Of a stretch of 53,327 nt of DNA, positions 50,101 through 53,327 are shown in pieces. Positions within the stretch are counted from its first letter, which is position 1. Every line of letters starts with the position of its first letter. The position numbers and the translations under genes are program-made. Under the pieces are notes generated by a model that was not told the origin of the DNA, ran no database searches, and worked only from the letters and a program-made list of their open reading frames with translations. The stretch comes from Perkinsus olseni (lineage: Eukaryota): contig JABANN010000203.1 of NCBI GenBank assembly GCA_013115125.1, forward strand, positions 1-53,327, in the 5' to 3' direction.

Positions 50101-50239
50101 GAAATGCCGTCGGTGGGGTTCGAACCCGGGTCTTCTCAGATGGACTTTCACCTCCCCACGAAATGTCCGCTACGATGACGTCGACATAGTGCTGAACGAC
50201 ATCGATCGTATTGGGCGGGATTTCGTGTACTCTGATTAG
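47115..50239 (+). CDS. Group II PLP-dependent decarboxylase (glutamate/cysteine-sulfinate decarboxylase family), multi-exon
   Basis: [45 protein letters not shown] and [11 protein letters not shown] (PLP lysine). Confidence 0.92.
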
Positions 50240-50694
50240 TTTACAACGCCGAGGCCTTCCGTGTCGGTTGTCCCCCTATTCGGATTTTTCCTCAAGAGTT
50301 ACTGTAACACACCTCCTCTGTGTTCCACCCGTTACTAAGGGTCATTAAGACGTTTCTGTACATCTCGCGCTGCGGTCTTTTGAGTTCACGTATGTTCAAT
50401 TCAGCCGTGATGGTGATATGAGGCGATTGTGTCGGACTTCTGTCGTCACACAATCCCTGTGACGTGCACTTGCCTCCGATCTATCTGCTTTAACGTTGCT
50501 ATTGGGGTGAGATCGGTAAATTATTTACCTTGTTCGTACTGATTGTATACGGGCGAACTGCGTCCTGAGACTGCACCAGCGGAGGTGGGCGGGAACGCAA
50601 CGGCCATCTCATACGAGCTACGCGTCGGGAAGAACTCGGCCGGGTTATCGGTGGTCACTTGCCCTCTCTGTGTCAGTGAGGTCTCTTTCCGCTA

Positions 50695-52619
50695 ATGGGT
50701 GCTTATCTATCGGCTCCCAAAACAGCCAAGGTGATGCTGCGGCCTCCGTTCCGTCGCCACTAGAAGTATTGCTGTTAGGAGTCGTCTGACGGCGGAGGAA
50801 GCTTCCATTCTTGGGGATGCTCCGAGATGCAGGGGTGGCGTACGGAGATGGAAGATGCTCATATAGCGATCAGCGACCTGCAGGGTAGTTGGGCCGCGTC
50901 CGCTAACGGAAGTGTCGAGCTTTGCCCATCTCTGTAGGGCAGAATGAGGGAGTCGCCATGTTTGGCGTGTATGACGGCCACGGTGGCTGCGAGGTTGCCA
51001 AGTTCGTTCAGAATCACCTTCCTGAGGAAGTAGTTGAGGCGGTCACGCTAGCAGTTTCTGAGACGTCTGCTGCTGCCGCTCCAGATGTCTAATGGAAGGT
51101 CGGATGCGATCACCAGTGGCGACATGTTAGTGGAAGGGTATCACAAAATGGACGAGCTGCTCCGTGCCTCGCAGTACGCGGAAGAGCTCGCCGGGTATCG
51201 TCGAGCAGGCAGCAGCAATGGTGCCAGCGGTAGTGATGCTAGGCTGCTTGTTACTGTGGGAATGGGAACGACCTCAGGGAAGTCGAGGTTCGTGTCGCTC
51301 CTGCAGAGCTCTATTGAGCAGGATCTAGCCGAGCTGCGTGATAGGAGGGCGGTGTCTCGGCAGGACACGGCACCAGTGAGAAGGGTGCTAGGGATAGTGC
51401 CGCGGGTCGATGCTTGGAGGCAGGTTATGATGAAGATGTTTGTTTTGAAGAAGTTGGAAGCATCAGAAGCAGCGGCTGCTGCTGATGCATCATCGGCCGC
51501 CGAGACTCCTCCCCCGCATCATAATCCATCAGGGGATCTTGCCGGAGCTGATGAGTAGAACTAGCTGGGACGTGGCGTTGATGACGGCGCTCTTCCTCAG
51601 TGGGAGCCAGGGCAGTGGCTCGGAGAGTACCACTACGGAGGGTCGAGCAGCCCTGGTAAGGAGCGCCCTGACGACGTCGCGAAGGGCATTCTGGTTCAGT
51701 TTGGCTCCCCTTCTAGTGGGGTACTGAATGTCGGCTGTACTGCAGTCACTGCACTTCTCACTAAGACCCATCTCGTAGTTGCTAACGCAGGAGACTCGAG
51801 GGCAATTCTTTGTGAGTGCATCCTCACCGCAGTTCTGGGAGCGGTAGAGTGTCGTCAATAAGGAGCAGCAGGTAGAGGCGGACGTGTCGTAGAGCTTTCC
51901 CACGATCATAAACCCAACTCGGATGAGGAGAAGAGGCGGATAGAGGCCGCTGGTGGATACGTTGAAGAGATCACTCTAACGTCCAAGTATGCTGCTGCTA
52001 CCATCGCTGCGTCGTGCGATCTTGCTGCTGCTATCGCTGCGTCGTGTTCTTATGATCAGAACACAGTACCGTGTGAACGGTAACCTGAACTTGTCCCGGG
52101 CAATAGGAGATCATGAATATAAGAAGAGAGATGATCTCAAACCAGAGCAGCAGATTATATGCAGCACGCCCGATATAATTGTCGAGAAGTGAGTGGTCAT
52201 CATCATTATTACTAGTGCTCATGTCGCGAGAATTTCCCTTCTCTGTTTTCAGACTCACTCCGGAGGACGAGTTTTTTGTCTTGGCCTGTGATGGCGTTTG
52301 GGATGTACTCTATTCTATGTTGTTTGAAGGTGGTTATTACTGTGTTTATGTCAGGTGATGAGTAACGAAGATGCCATCGATTTCATCCGCCCGCGTATCG
52401 CTAATGGTCAGAAGAAGCTTTCGGAAATAGTAGAAGAGCTATTGGATCATTGCATGGCTGATGGTAGGCGGCTTCTCAAGGAGGCTCTATATTGATTCAT
52501 TTTTAGATCCAAAATTGTCAGAGGGCATAGGAGGAGACAACATGACTTGTATCCTCGTGAAGTTAGATCATGATGAGCTATCGTCAACCTCAGCATCACC
52601 AGCATCTCGCCGGGTTTAG
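50695..52619 (+). CDS. Protein phosphatase 2C (PPM1G-like, MGAYLS myristoylation-type N-terminus), multi-exon
   Basis: [54 protein letters not shown] and GDNMT. Confidence 0.95.
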
Positions 52620-52846
52620 TCACTTACAGGCATATGCGTTTTTGTATATTTATCAATAGCCGTTAATTCACCCTTTCTGGCTATTGTAATGCAATGTTGT
52701 TAGTGCCGTGACGCCTTTTAGCGTCACTGCTGCTCCCAGTGAGCATCGTGATGCTTCGGTCTGCACATTCCTTGGTCGTCAGTTATTGCAAAGCATATCC
52801 ATCCACCAACGGTGTTTGACTTTGAGTCGGGAGAAAATGCTGCGGA

Positions 52847-53275
52847 TCATGAAGCGGAATTTTCGTTCGGACCACGCGGGATGCTCGGCGGCATCGCTCG
52901 AGCTCGATACCTTCCCACGGCCAGCTTCGGGTTGACCAGCTTAAGTGTGATCAATGCCGCGTTGATGCGAGCTTGCAGTGCCCCACAATGGCCATTCTCG
53001 CGTGGGAAAGTGAGACGGACTGTAACAGATGGTACACAGGAGTCAGTAGGTTCAGATTTCCTGCCTCCCACCCTCTCAGCGCCAAGCGTTGTGTCGACGA
53101 ATCGTTGGGCCGATAGAGATTTCCTATTAGAGACTGATGTCTTTGATAAACCCACTTTCCGGAGACTCCTATTATTCAGGTTTGGCTCAAGTGACTGTTC
53201 TTACCAATACATGCTGATATCCGCCTTCATTGTATTAACGGCAGGTGTTCCGCACCCTTGAGGGTTGTCAGACAT
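52847..53275 (-). CDS. Hypothetical protein downstream of a genomic spliced leader
   Basis: ATG at 53275, 23 nt after the SL. A putative 36-nt GT-AG intron (53169-53204) joins it in frame to ORF 52847-53155. Confidence 0.4.
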
Positions 53276-53298
53276 TGACTGAACCCAACAGTTCAGAA

Positions 53299-53320
53299 CT
53301 TGAGCCAAGATGGCTACGGA
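53299..53320 (-). other. Genomic copy of the 22-nt Perkinsus/dinoflagellate-type spliced leader
   Basis: TCCGTAGCCATCTTGGCTCAAG matches DCCGTAGCCATYTTGGCTCAAG; followed by TT rather than a GT donor. Confidence 0.92.
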
Positions 53321-53327
53321 CTGACTT

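Noticed and set aside
53299-53320. Canonical SL-RNA gene
   Set aside because: No GT donor after the 22-mer, and an ATG-led ORF follows closely

Overview
Eukaryotic, intron-rich protist DNA with mostly ~40-60 nt introns. It is almost certainly Perkinsus (Alveolata): a 22-nt Perkinsus/dinoflagellate-type spliced leader (SL) lies at 53299-53320 (-). Genes sit in co-oriented blocks. Minus block 235-~20700: MMPL transporter, tandem-PC4 protein, hypothetical gene, a full-length BEL/Pao-like LTR retrotransposon, a MITE-interrupted phosphodiesterase and a Q/P-rich protein. Plus block 20897-42248: PIG-B, methyltransferase-like gene, transketolase, Arc1p/EMAPII-like gene, heme lyase, MFS transporter, Cys-repeat secreted protein, SerRS and PDI. 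Minus block 42454-46408: TauE/SafE and a hypothetical gene. Plus block 47115-52619: GAD/CSAD and PP2C. The strongest unexplained signal is a family of tRNA T-arm/Pol III B-box motifs (GGTTCGANNCC) scattered every few kb in both orientations, mostly in tiny introns, with no intact tRNA in the window. A degenerate A-box + B-box + oligo-T unit also sits inside both LTRs and in a divergent strand-switch region. Exon boundaries were read by eye and are approximate.
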